DNA of 64,000 bases from Candidatus Eiseniibacteriota bacterium (GCA_963762255.1 CAVXKA010000002.1:32001-96000); one strand, 5' to 3'. Numbered from the stretch's first letter, positions 27,767-37,590 are shown. Numbers and translations: made by a program. Notes: generated by a model from the sequence alone, not told the origin.

Positions 27767-28722
27767 TCAGGGTGTCACCCGCGGGGAGCGACTCCGGACG
27801 GGAAGCAGTGCCTTCAGGATGGCCAGCGGGACCTCCGGATTGGTTCTTCGGTAGCGAAGGCTGGTCAGATAGTGCCGGATGGCTCGCAGGCGACTTCCCT
27901 CAATCTTGTGACGGTAGCCCACCGCGAAGTGCAGGGTGGAGAGCCAACTCCGGAGGTTGCGACGCGCCGTCGGCGTCAGGGGACCCTGCTGGAGCCGCTC
28001 GGCCATCCGGAGGATGTCCTGCAGACTTCTCATGCTCGAGGACATGTTCGAGGGGTGTAGGCGACGACGGAAATACTCCCGGTCGATGTAGGCGACGTCA
28101 TTCTCGCGGCAGACGCGGATCCAATACTCGAGGTCCTCGCCGCACGTCAGCCCCTCGTCGAAGAACCCGATCTGCTCAACGAGCGATCGGCGCATCATCA
28201 CGCCGCATGTGCCGATGAAATTGTCGAGCATGAGGGTCTCGAATGCGCGGTCGGCCGGGATGCGATACCAGGCCTCGCCGAGCGGCCGACGCTCCATGGC
28301 ATGGAATCGCGCGTGGTCCGCCAGGAAGTCCCGCGCTGCGTCCCCGCCGTCCGTGAAATTCCGGGAGTTCGTGAAGCAGAAGGAGACGTCCGGATGTCCG
28401 TCCAAGAGGGCGCACTGCTCGTGAAGCTTGCCGGGCAGCATGATGTCGTCTGAATCGAGGAAGGCGATATATTCCCCCCCGCCCGCCGGATGCCGGCGTT
28501 GCGCGGGGCAGCCCCCCCCCCGGTGTTGGCCGGGAGGGTGAGGGAGACGATACGGTCCCGATACGACTCGAGGACGCGGGGGGTCTCATCGGTCGACGCA
28601 TCATCGATCACGATGACTTCGATGCCGTCCACCCCCTCCTGGGTCAGCACGGAGTCGATCGCCTCGGGGAGATACGGGGCATTGTTGTAAGCCGCTATGA
28701 TGACGCTGATCTTTGGAGTCAT
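27767..28722 (-). CDS. GT2 family glycosyltransferase, frameshifted at a G7 run (28474-28480); probably a sequencing error
   Basis: MTPKISVIIAAYN...IDDASTD...PRNAGIRRAGG in one frame continues as EYIAFLDSDDIMLPGKL...FDE.L..GEDLEYW in another; one extra G joins them. Confidence 0.82.
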
Positions 28723-29031
28723 CGCCCTGTCGAGCCCTCGCGGTAGTCCATTCCGAGCAGGACCGCACCTCTCGCCCCCACGGAACATGAACGGTCGAAG
28801 GCTCGGAGTCTGCGAGCGACATTGTATCTCCGGAGGGTGCGGCGCGCGAGTCCGGTTGCGCGGGATGAGATCCCCTGCGCAATCGATCCGGGGATGGAGG
28901 CGCGCAAGCGCCGATTTCGGCGCCTGGACGTGCATCTCCGCCACGAACCCGCTACGATCCTGATCGCTCGAATGCCCATGGAGACCGGATCGGACTCTCG
29001 GCCTCCCGGCCGGCGCGGAAAGGGTAACGTC

Positions 29032-29952
29032 ATGCCTGCGGTCTCGATAGTCATGCCCGCCCACAATGCCGGGCCGTACATAGCCGAGTCGATCCAATCC
29101 GTTCTGCGCCAGACGTTCGACGATTGGGAGCTCATCATTGTGGATGACGATTCCTGCGACGACACCGACAAGGAAGTCGCCCGCTTCCTGTCGGACGGGC
29201 GAATCACCTTCCTGCGACAGAAGCGTGGCGGTCCGGCGGTTGCAAGGAACCGCGCGATCCGGGCTGCGAGTGGAGACTTCATCGCATTCCTCGACTCCGA
29301 CGACCTCTGGTTGCCGGACAAGCTGGAGAAGCAGCTCGAGCAGTTTCGGAAGCATCCCGATGTCGGCGTATGCGGCACCGGAATGAGGGTGATCGATCCC
29401 GAAGGAACCGTCATCCGGGACGATGCAGGCTCGGAGCGGTGCGGAGCCGCCTTGCCCGACCTCCTGGCGGGCCGGTTCACCGTTCCGATGTCGTCGGCCA
29501 TGATCCGACGCGAAGTGCTGGATCGCGCCGGGCCGTTCGATGAGGACGTCCTTCTCTCGGAGGATTTCGAGCTATGGCTCCGTGTCGCGCTGCAATGTCC
29601 CTTCCGGATCATGGCGGAACCGTTGTTGCTGTACCGGGTCGGTCACTCGAACATATCGGGAACGCGGAGCGACGAGCGGCGGGAATACGTGATGCGGGTC
29701 ATTGTTCCGCGGTTCCTTGGATTGCCCACGGCGTCCATGTATGTATTGCCGCGGCACGTCCGGGAGCTACGAAGCCGATGCTTCAAGAACAGGGCTGACG
29801 AAAAGGCGGCCTGGCTCCCGGGAGTCTACTGGTACGTCCGGTCGTTGATGTGTCGGCCGCTGTACGTCGAAGCATGGGAGGCGTTGGCCGTGCGATTGCT
29901 TCCGAGATTCGTCGCGGAACGGGCTAGATCGGTCGCGCGGAGACGCCGTTGA
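29032..29952 (+). CDS. GT2 family glycosyltransferase
   Basis: MPAVSIVMPAHN, IVDDDS.DDT, ARNRAI..ASGDFIAFLDSDDLWLPDKLEKQ, FDE....EDFELWLR. Confidence 0.92.
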   Translation: MPAVSIVMPAHNAGPYIAESIQSVLRQTFDDWELIIVDDDSCDDTDKEVARFLSDGRITFLRQKRGGPAVARNRAIRAASGDFIAFLDSDDLWLPDKLEKQLEQFRKHPDVGVCGTGMRVIDPEGTVIRDDAGSERCGAALPDLLAGRFTVPMSSAMIRREVLDRAGPFDEDVLLSEDFELWLRVALQCPFRIMAEPLLLYRVGHSNISGTRSDERREYVMRVIVPRFLGLPTASMYVLPRHVRELRSRCFKNRADEKAAWLPGVYWYVRSLMCRPLYVEAWEALAVRLLPRFVAERARSVARRRR

Positions 29953-30116
29953 CGGACGTCTGACCGAGGGATCTCCTCGATGCCTGGATACGATTGTGCA
30001 TGAATCGATGCCACGGTCTCGCGAATGAACGCCGCCGAGCAATAGGTGGGGCTGGCGACGCTGACTAGGCCGGGCATGGTTGTGATCCCACTGTTCCCTC
30101 CCCGGCAATGCGAGCG

Positions 30117-30152
30117 GCAGTATCTGCGCGGCGTTCTGCAAGATCTGCGCGG
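30117..30152 (+). promoter_or_regulatory. tandem imperfect palindromic repeat, candidate enhancer (UAS) for a sigma-54 activator
   Basis: GCAGTATCTGCGCGG (30117) and GCAAGATCTGCGCGG (30138), 21 bp apart, about 100-135 bp upstream of the -24/-12 site. Confidence 0.4.
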
Positions 30153-30250
30153 AAACCCCCAGCGTTCGACGCGTTCCTCATAACCTCCCCACGTCTCCTT
30201 GCCCCCTTGCCGACAACGATATCAGCACACCGAAGGCATGGACGGTCACG

Positions 30251-30266
30251 TGGCCCACCCTTTGCT
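30251..30266 (+). promoter_or_regulatory. sigma-54 (-24/-12) promoter
   Basis: TGGCccacccTTTGCT has exact GG-N10-GC spacing with TGGC and TTGCT, in a 380-nt non-coding gap 69 nt before the ATG at 30335. Confidence 0.7.
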
Positions 30267-30334
30267 TATGCACCACTTAGGACTGGATCGAGGGGGAGGG
30301 GAGCGCAACTGCAGTGAACGCAACCGGGGGAGCT

Positions 30335-32581
30335 ATGCCGAGGCGCATCGCTCTCGTTCTTCTCGCCCTCCTGGCGTCATTCGTCACGCGTCCGACGGAA
30401 GGCGCCGACCCACGGGGATCGCTCGATCTTGCCTGGACCGCGCCGGGGTCCGCGGAGCAACCCGCCGATGCCTACGAACTGCGCACCTCCCCGATCGCTC
30501 CCGGCTCCAACCTGCTCGTCTGGTGGAGTGCGGCAAGCCCGGTCAGTAATGTGCCCGCGCCGGCCACGCCGGGCGAGCCCCAGAGCCTGCGTCTCAACGA
30601 CCTTCCGATTGGAGCGACGACTTACGCCGCCATCCGCGCTCGCTTCGCGGATGCCTGGAGCGACCCCTCGCCTGTACTGGCCTGGACGTCCTCGGCCGGC
30701 CCCTGGATTCAGAGCGTGGCTCCCACACGGGTGGAAGAGGCGGGATCGCGCTCCTTCACCGTGAAGGGCTACGGGTTCGCGGGTGCCCGGCAAGCCTCCT
30801 TCATTTCGGCGAGCGGCATCCGCATGAGCGCGGGGATGCGTGTCTACAGCGACTCGCTGGTCGTAGTCACCGCGGATATCTCGTCGCTCGGAATTGGCGC
30901 GGTGGACCTCGAAGTCGCCGGCACGACGGGGACGGACATGCTCCGGCGTTGGATCGACGTATCCGTGCCGGTCATCGCGGACACCCTGGCCCCGCTTGCC
31001 GTGACCGATCTCGCCGTCACCGTCGTAGATCATCAGTCGGTCATGCTCACCTGGACGGCGCCGGCCGATCCATCGCCCTACGGCACCCTGCGCGCGACCC
31101 GCTACGACGTACGTCGTCGTGCCGGCGACGGGACATCCTGGACCTGGTCGAGCGCGACCCCGATCGCCCCGCCGATCCCCGGCGTCCCCGGTGCCCGGGA
31201 CGGGCTGCTCGTGAGCGGCCTCACCCCCGGCAGTACCATGACCTTCGCGCTCGCCGCAGGAGACGCCGCGGGCAATTGGGCGGTCCCATCCAACCGGGTC
31301 ACCGCCACGACGGCTCCGCCTCCCGACGTGACCGCACCGGCGACGGTGGCGAACCTCTCCGTGGAGCTGCAGGCGGACGGGCAAGCGCTCCTGCGCTGGA
31401 CGGCGCCCGCCCACGACCAGGGGCCGGCGGCGAGCTACCGGGTATGGCGGTGGAACGCGCGCACGACCGCGTATTCGATGGATGAAGCACAGCTTCTGGA
31501 AGGTGCTCCGGCGCCGTTGCCGGCCGGTTCGGCACAGAGTTGGACGGCGGGTGGGGTAGCGGCCGGGACCTGGGCCGCCTTCCGCCTCTCCGCGGTGGAC
31601 TCCGCGGGTAATGTCGCGGGGATCTCCAACGCGGTCGTCGTGGATCGCACCGGCGAGGACATCACCTCGCCGGCCATGCCCGGCGATTTCAGCGCTTCGC
31701 AATACAGCCAGGGCACGGTCCAGTTGCGCTGGATCGCGCCGGGGGACGACGGCAAGAAGGGGCGCGTGCGCTATTACGAGATGCGCCACATGGAGTCGCC
31801 CCCTGCGGACACGCCGTGGTGGGAAGGTGTTCCTTCGACCGTGGTCGACGGGCACCCCAAGCCGGCGGGAAAGCAGGAGTTCACGAACCTCTCGAACGTC
31901 GCCCAGGGGAAGAGGCACGGTTATGCCGTGCGGGGAATCGACGAGTCGGAAAACGCCTCGCCGTGGGCGGTCGCGCTGGTCATGGTGGACGCCGCTCGCT
32001 CCAGCAGCGAGGCCACTCCGCCTCCTGCGCCGGACTCTCTTTGCGCAACACGGGAGAGCGCCGGCGTGCGGCTTACATGGCTTGCGGTTTCTTCCCCGGA
32101 AGTGGTCTCGTACAACCTCTATTCTTCGCGCGCGGGCGACCTGGCGGTCTGCATCGCCAGCGTGGATGCCGGTAGTACGAGCTACATCGACGTCGCCGCG
32201 CCGGCGACTCTCGTGAGATACGCGGTCTCCGCGCTCGACGGTGAGGGCAATGAATCGCGCCTCGCCGCATGGACGGATGTCGAGTGCCACGAGAGCAGCC
32301 CGTCGCTGCGCGTCACCCCCGACGGAACGGCCTGGCGGGTGAGCATCTCGGAGCCCGAGCCGGCGCAGACCGTGCTTCGCGAGGCTCCCCCCAACGTCGC
32401 CGTGTTCGATGTGCTGGGCCGTCTGGTGGCTCGTGTCCCGGCGTCCCCGAGCGGGGACGGATGGGAGGCGCGCTGGAGCGGTGAGGGGAATGGGGGAGCG
32501 AGCACGGCACAGGGGATTTACTTCGTCCGTGCCGTGGGCGGCACTTGGTCCCGGACGCAGCGTGTGCTCGTCCATCGCTGA
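30335..32581 (+). CDS. secreted fibronectin type III repeat protein with C-terminal T9SS-type-A/FlgD-Ig-like domain
   Basis: signal peptide; repeats D.TAP.aV.dL...L.WTAP..D...Y; an IPT-like segment; C-terminal FDVLGRLV...W.G....G...AQGIYFVR.......RVLVHR. Confidence 0.82.
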   Translation: MPRRIALVLLALLASFVTRPTEGADPRGSLDLAWTAPGSAEQPADAYELRTSPIAPGSNLLVWWSAASPVSNVPAPATPGEPQSLRLNDLPIGATTYAAIRARFADAWSDPSPVLAWTSSAGPWIQSVAPTRVEEAGSRSFTVKGYGFAGARQASFISASGIRMSAGMRVYSDSLVVVTADISSLGIGAVDLEVAGTTGTDMLRRWIDVSVPVIADTLAPLAVTDLAVTVVDHQSVMLTWTAPADPSPYGTLRATRYDVRRRAGDGTSWTWSSATPIAPPIPGVPGARDGLLVSGLTPGSTMTFALAAGDAAGNWAVPSNRVTATTAPPPDVTAPATVANLSVELQADGQALLRWTAPAHDQGPAASYRVWRWNARTTAYSMDEAQLLEGAPAPLPAGSAQSWTAGGVAAGTWAAFRLSAVDSAGNVAGISNAVVVDRTGEDITSPAMPGDFSASQYSQGTVQLRWIAPGDDGKKGRVRYYEMRHMESPPADTPWWEGVPSTVVDGHPKPAGKQEFTNLSNVAQGKRHGYAVRGIDESENASPWAVALVMVDAARSSSEATPPPAPDSLCATRESAGVRLTWLAVSSPEVVSYNLYSSRAGDLAVCIASVDAGSTSYIDVAAPATLVRYAVSALDGEGNESRLAAWTDVECHESSPSLRVTPDGTAWRVSISEPEPAQTVLREAPPNVAVFDVLGRLVARVPASPSGDGWEARWSGEGNGGASTAQGIYFVRAVGGTWSRTQRVLVHR

Positions 32582-32665
32582 TCGTGTCCCGGGGGGTTCG
32601 CGCCGCCTGTGCTAGACTCGTTCCTTCGCACGGGCGCGTGATACCCTGACACCGGAGGCCATTCC

Positions 32666-33502
32666 CTGACCCTCGGCAAACGAGACACAGTCTGGATCGT
32701 CCTCGCCGCGGCGGCGGTCGGCGTCGTGTACGCGCCGGTCGTAGCCGAGTTGTTTCGGGACTGGCTCCACGACCCAAACTACAGCCACGGGTTTCTCATC
32801 CCCGTGATCTCCGCGTTTCTCATCTGGCAGAGGCGCTCCGAACTGGCCCGCACTCCTCTACGCCCGTCCATCGCCGGCCTCGCACTCCTGCTGATCTCCG
32901 CCGCGCTGCTGGTTCTGGGGGTGGCCGGCGCCGAGGTCTTCACGCAGCGGGTGAGCTTGATCGCCACGCTGGCCGGCGGAGTGTGGTTCCTGGCCGGGGG
33001 ACAATGGCTGCGGAAGCTCGCTTTTCCTATTCTCTTTCTGCTTCTCGCCGTGCCGCTGCCGTACGTCATCTACTATGACCTCACCGGGCCGTTGCAGGGG
33101 GTGGCCGCCCGGAGCGCCATCCGGGGTCTGCACCTCGTGGGAATCCCCGCGGTGGCGGAGGGGAACATCATCCACCTGCAGAGCGCGAGCCTGGAGGTGG
33201 CCGAGGCCTGCAGCGGCATCCGGTCGCTCTACGCGTTTCTCGCACTCGGGGCTCTTCTCGCACGCACCCTGCCACTCCCTCTCTGGGGACGCATCGTGGT
33301 CTTCCTGCTCACGATTCCGTTGAGCGTGGCCGGCAATGCGATGCGGGTGTGGGGGAGCGGGGTCGCCGCGCATCTCTTCGGGGCGCGCTACGCGCAGGGG
33401 CTCGCGCACGAGCTGTTCGGGCTCGTGATCTTCGCGGTGGCGCTCGGTGCGCTCGCGCTCGTGGCCAGGGGAGTGAACAGGCTATGGCCTTCCGCGCGCT
33501 GA
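32666..33502 (+). CDS. xrt: exosortase (EpsH/Xrt family)
   Basis: W..DPNYSHGFLIP, FP..FL..AVPLP, EGNII, LEVAEACSGIRSL (Cys), N.MR (Arg), AHELFG (His); start inferred at CTG 32666 behind GGAGG, first canonical start is GTG 32726. Confidence 0.93.
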   Translation: MTLGKRDTVWIVLAAAAVGVVYAPVVAELFRDWLHDPNYSHGFLIPVISAFLIWQRRSELARTPLRPSIAGLALLLISAALLVLGVAGAEVFTQRVSLIATLAGGVWFLAGGQWLRKLAFPILFLLLAVPLPYVIYYDLTGPLQGVAARSAIRGLHLVGIPAVAEGNIIHLQSASLEVAEACSGIRSLYAFLALGALLARTLPLPLWGRIVVFLLTIPLSVAGNAMRVWGSGVAAHLFGARYAQGLAHELFGLVIFAVALGALALVARGVNRLWPSAR

Positions 33503-34110
33503 TCCTCATTCTCGTCGTGGGTGCCGCCGGCGTGTACGCGCAGGTGCTGGGCGGGCGCCGGGTGGAGAGCGGGGCCCTCCCGGATTTGAGCCGGATCCCG
33601 GCAAAGATCGACGGCTGGATGAGCGAAGACTACCCGATGACCGAGTCATCGACCGACGTCCTGGGCGCCGACGAATATCTGCAGCGGCGCTACGAGAACA
33701 CCCGGGGAGTACAGGTGTGGCTCTTCATCGCCTACTTCCGGGAGCAGCAGGTGGGCTCGCAGATCCACTCGCCGCGCAACTGCGTGCCGGGGAGCGGGTG
33801 GGACGTGCGCTCGTTGTCCCGCACGGACATTCTGCTGGGGAGCGCCGATCAATCCGCGCAGCGGATGATGATCGAGCGGAGCGGACAGCGTCAGGAGATG
33901 CTCTATTGGTTCCGAACGCGCGGCGGCACCGTGACCGGAGAGTACGCCCTGAAGTGGGATCTCCTGCGCAACTCGCTCCTCGGACGGCCGACCAACGCGG
34001 CCTTCGTGCGGTTCAGCGCCATGGACGCCGATGCTGACGCGATGCGAGAGCTGCTTGCGCGGCTGGACGAACCCATGGGGCGTGTCCTGGCCGAGGTCGG
34101 CATCCGATGA
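33484..34110 (+). CDS. epsI: EpsI family exosortase-associated protein
   Basis: IP.KIDGW, LGADEYLQRRY, VWLFIAYF..Q..G.QIHSPRNC.PGSGW, LYWF, AAFVR. Confidence 0.9.
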   Translation: MAFRALILILVVGAAGVYAQVLGGRRVESGALPDLSRIPAKIDGWMSEDYPMTESSTDVLGADEYLQRRYENTRGVQVWLFIAYFREQQVGSQIHSPRNCVPGSGWDVRSLSRTDILLGSADQSAQRMMIERSGQRQEMLYWFRTRGGTVTGEYALKWDLLRNSLLGRPTNAAFVRFSAMDADADAMRELLARLDEPMGRVLAEVGIR

Positions 34111-34976
34111 CGGATCCCGCCCCGGCGTCGGGCGGGCTCGCCGCCTTCTCCACGGATGTGGAGGACTACTTCCAGGCGGAAGCGCTGCGCTCCTTCTTCC
34201 CGCGCGGGACGTGGGACGGCCTCGAGGACCGCACCGAGGCCAACGTGGAGCGTGTGCTCGCGATCCTGGCGGAGCATCGGGTGCGCGGCACCTTTTTCGT
34301 GCTCGGCTGGTCCGCGGAGCGTCATCCGGATCTCGTCCGGCGGATCGCCACCGAGGGCCACGAAATCGCCTCGCACGGCTTCGCCCACGAGCTCATCTAT
34401 CGCCAGTCGGTGGAGACCTTTCGCGCCGACGTGCACAGGGCCCGCGCGCTTCTGCAGGATCTCTCCGGGCAGGAGGTTCTCGGCTACCGCGCGCCTTCCT
34501 ACACGATCGTGCACCGTACGCGCTGGGCGCTGGCCGTGATCGCCGAGGAAGGGCACCGCTACGACTCCAGCATCTTTCCGATTCGCCGCCGCAAGTACGG
34601 CATCCCCAACGCCCCCCGACAGCCGTACCGGATCGAGGACGAGGGAACCCGGGGTTTGATCGAGTTTCCCCTCCCCGCGGTCCGCATCGGACCGCTGAAT
34701 GTCCCGGCCACGGGCGGCGCCTATCTTCGCCTTCTCCCCATCGGTTTCCAGACTTGGGCCGTGCGGCGCCTCCTCAGCGAGGGGAAGGCCGTGGTTCTGA
34801 ACATCCACCCCTGGGAACTCGACCCTGAGCAGCCCCGCCTGCCCGTCCGTCCGCGGACCCGCTGGACCCACTACCACAACCTCGGCCGGGCCGAGGCGCG
34901 GCTGCGGACACTCCTCGCCCTGGCGCCGTTCCGATCTCAGAGCGAAGTCCTCCAGGAGCTGGGGCTCCTGGGCTGA
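34107..34976 (+). CDS. XrtA/PEP-CTERM system polysaccharide deacetylase (DUF3473)
   Basis: STDVEDYFQ, TFFVLGW.AER.P.LVR.I...GHEIASHG..H, GYRAPSY, YDSSIFP, GGAYLRLLP, IHPWELDP.QPR. Confidence 0.92.
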   Translation: MTDPAPASGGLAAFSTDVEDYFQAEALRSFFPRGTWDGLEDRTEANVERVLAILAEHRVRGTFFVLGWSAERHPDLVRRIATEGHEIASHGFAHELIYRQSVETFRADVHRARALLQDLSGQEVLGYRAPSYTIVHRTRWALAVIAEEGHRYDSSIFPIRRRKYGIPNAPRQPYRIEDEGTRGLIEFPLPAVRIGPLNVPATGGAYLRLLPIGFQTWAVRRLLSEGKAVVLNIHPWELDPEQPRLPVRPRTRWTHYHNLGRAEARLRTLLALAPFRSQSEVLQELGLLG

Positions 34977-35085
34977 CTTCTGGCGTTCGGGACATCGGCG
35001 CTTCCTCGCCGCACCGTCATGTATCCTTGACACACCGAGGACGGAGACGGGGGTTTCGGGCGGGAACCAGACCCTGGGCAGGGCG

Positions 35086-35113
35086 TTGACAGACCTCTTA
35101 GGCATGGTATCCT
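35086..35113 (+). promoter_or_regulatory. putative sigma-70 promoter for the membrane protein-TPR-prsK-prsR operon
   Basis: TTGACA (35086)-16 nt-TATCCT (35108) with extended -10 TGn. Confidence 0.55.
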
Positions 35114-35208
35114 ATGCAACTGCAAAAAGTGCAAAGCTCACCTACGGGGTTGCCTTAGGGTGTCGGGAAAGGTTGCGGTCTCCGCGGACCGCAGATTGGA
35201 AGGACGGC

Positions 35209-36042
35209 ATGATCCTACTCCGCTCCCTGGGCGTGGCCGGATGGGCTGTACGCAGCGTGTTTCCTCTAGCTCGACGCGGTTCACTCTGGTTGCCGTTCCT
35301 CTTCATCGCAGTCGTCCAGTGCGCCAGCCTCGCGCTGGTGCTCGCTTACGGACGGGGAGCCCCGATTCCGTTCGTGGGCGCCGGGATGCGCTGGATCGGA
35401 GGCGAGGGGGCCACCCACTTTCCCTTCTTCTATGCCGCGGTGCCGGTTCTTCTTGCTCGCTGGAATCTCCTCCTGAGCGCCTGCGTCTTCTCCGTCGCGA
35501 CCGCCGGCGCGGTGGCACTCTTCGCGCGGGCATGGGGGTTTCGTCCCGATGTGGATCCCTGGCCGGCCGCTCGTCGCCGGTACCCGGGCATCCTGGCCAT
35601 AGGGGCCGTGACCGCGCTCGTGAGCCTGGTCATCTTCCTCGCGGGCCAGGTGATCCCCGCGGAGACCCTGGCGATGAACCGCAATCTTCGCTGGGGGACC
35701 CGCTTCGCCCTGCTGGGCACGTTTGTGATCGTGCAGAGCCTTCTCGTTTACGCGTACCCCTGGATCATCCTGCAGGGGCGAACCTGGACGCGGTCTCTCG
35801 GCGAGTCCGTCCAGACGGCCCTTCGGCTGGTGCTCCCCACGCTCCTCGTGGTGGGGATCCCCGTCCTGCTTCTGTATCCGCTCGATTACCTGACCGGGCG
35901 GACCGACCTCTTCCTCATCAAGCTGCGACCCGATCTCATCGGTGCCGTGCTGTTCGTGAGAATCGTGCTGGAGGCCATTTTCGGATTCTTCCTGGTGGGG
36001 ACGACCACGCGCCTGTTCCTCTGGCGCACGGAGGAGAAGTGA
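35209..36042 (+). CDS. hypothetical integral membrane protein (about 6 TM)
   Basis: hydrophobic helices, 'YAYPWIILQG......LGESV' pattern typical of uncharacterised membrane proteins; RBS GGAAGGA. Confidence 0.7.
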   Translation: MILLRSLGVAGWAVRSVFPLARRGSLWLPFLFIAVVQCASLALVLAYGRGAPIPFVGAGMRWIGGEGATHFPFFYAAVPVLLARWNLLLSACVFSVATAGAVALFARAWGFRPDVDPWPAARRRYPGILAIGAVTALVSLVIFLAGQVIPAETLAMNRNLRWGTRFALLGTFVIVQSLLVYAYPWIILQGRTWTRSLGESVQTALRLVLPTLLVVGIPVLLLYPLDYLTGRTDLFLIKLRPDLIGAVLFVRIVLEAIFGFFLVGTTTRLFLWRTEEK

Positions 36043-37571
36043 TGCGGCGTGTATGGATCTCGACTCTGATCGTTCTCTCGGCATGGGGTTGCGGCGGCTC
36101 CTCCCCGGAGGGTCGGCGCTTCGAAGCGGAGCGTGATCTCTTTGCTCTCAATAAGGAGTGGCAGGAACTCAACATCAAGCCTGACCTTGTGACGAAAGAG
36201 GATCGGGCCAAGATCGCCGATCGCTTCGCGGCGCTGGGCGAGCGCTACCGCGGCGTGGCCGCGACCTCGGACACGTCGGCGTCCGGGCGGGCGATGCTCG
36301 AGACGCGTGCCATCGCGGCGCGTGCGTTTATCACCGCCGGTGATATCCACGCGGGTCTGGGCGATGGGATCCTCGCCGACAGCCTCTACGCCCTCGTCAT
36401 CGAGGGCTACGACGACCTGCCGCGCATGGTGGCCGAGGCCGCTATCGATCGCGGGGTGGCCGCGGAGCGCGAGGGACGGCTCCGGGACGCCGCCGTCTCG
36501 TATGCCCGTGCGGTGGGCCGGGTGATGCCCTCCACGGAAGGCGAGGGGCCTGAGCGCAAGATCATGCCGCTCCCCCTGCACATCGCGCGCCTTCGGGCCC
36601 AGGCCGCGGGGGATACCCTCGGGGCGAGCCGCGCGCCCTACTACGTGGAGGCGAGAGCGTACTACGAGACCGTCGCCGCCAAGGTCGGCGGGCAGCCCCT
36701 CGGAATCCAGGCGCGCAGCCGCCTGGTCGACGCCGCCACAGACCTCGGAGAGTGGTCCACGGCGGTCCGCCAACTGCGGATCCTCGAGAGGGAGACCCGG
36801 GGTCTGCCGGGAGACGCCCACGACCTCGGTGAGATCCGCTACGCCATTGCCGAATCCCAGAGACGCATGGGGCAACCCGATTCCAGCGAGGCCAGCATGG
36901 AGTCGGTGCTCCGGGACGCCCCCAAGAGCCCATTCGCCCCTCGGGCGCTCATCGCGCTGGCACTTTATGCCGAAGACAAGGGGAAGATGTCCGAGGCTCT
37001 GGGCTACCTGGAAAGGGTTCCGAAGGAGTACCCCGGTGCCGAAGACGCCGGGGCGCTGGCCATGCTTGCCCGCGCGCGCATCTATGAACGGACGAAGCGC
37101 TGGCAGGAAGCGTTGGAGCTCTATCGCGCGCTGCCGCTGGAGCACCCGCTCTCCGAGCCGGCGCTCCTGGCGCCGATCGAGATCGCGCAGCACCATGACC
37201 GGGCGGGGGACGCGGAAGCCCGTGGGCGGGCGCTGAAGGACGCGGAAGCGTCCTATCGGGAATTCATTCAGCGCTATCCCACGCAGGGGTACACGATCTC
37301 GGCGCGGGCGAAGCTGGTGGACGTGCTGACCATCGAGAAACGGTACGCGGAAGCGGTCGACGAGCTGCTGCAGATCGCACAGGCCCAGAAGGGCAATCAG
37401 GCCGGGGTCCTCTCGCTCCTGCGAGCGGCGAGCCTGGCGCTCACCGAGATGAAGGACGTGGACCGGGCGCTGGAGATCCTGGATCGGGGATCGTCGTGGT
37501 ACGAGGGAAGCTCGCTAGGGCAGCAGCTCGCAAGGGAGGCGGCTCGCATCCGCAAGGAGAACGGTCGATGA
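36042..37571 (+). CDS. TPR-repeat lipoprotein (positional PrsT analogue)
   Basis: lipobox SAWGC; multiple TPR-like helical repeats; directly upstream of prsK. Confidence 0.8.
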   Translation: MRRVWISTLIVLSAWGCGGSSPEGRRFEAERDLFALNKEWQELNIKPDLVTKEDRAKIADRFAALGERYRGVAATSDTSASGRAMLETRAIAARAFITAGDIHAGLGDGILADSLYALVIEGYDDLPRMVAEAAIDRGVAAEREGRLRDAAVSYARAVGRVMPSTEGEGPERKIMPLPLHIARLRAQAAGDTLGASRAPYYVEARAYYETVAAKVGGQPLGIQARSRLVDAATDLGEWSTAVRQLRILERETRGLPGDAHDLGEIRYAIAESQRRMGQPDSSEASMESVLRDAPKSPFAPRALIALALYAEDKGKMSEALGYLERVPKEYPGAEDAGALAMLARARIYERTKRWQEALELYRALPLEHPLSEPALLAPIEIAQHHDRAGDAEARGRALKDAEASYREFIQRYPTQGYTISARAKLVDVLTIEKRYAEAVDELLQIAQAQKGNQAGVLSLLRAASLALTEMKDVDRALEILDRGSSWYEGSSLGQQLAREAARIRKENGR

Positions 37572-37590
37572 GGCTTCCGAAGGTCTGCAG

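Noticed and set aside
27713-30334. Apparently less GC-rich stretch with two divergent GT2 genes as a mobile island
   Set aside because: No integrase, transposase, tRNA or terminal repeats; the compositional shift is mild by eye and was not computed.
35114-35155. Possible c-di-GMP-I riboswitch (GCAAAGC...GGTTGCC)
   Set aside because: Lacks the GAAA tetraloop/receptor architecture, and part of it lies upstream of the predicted start site.
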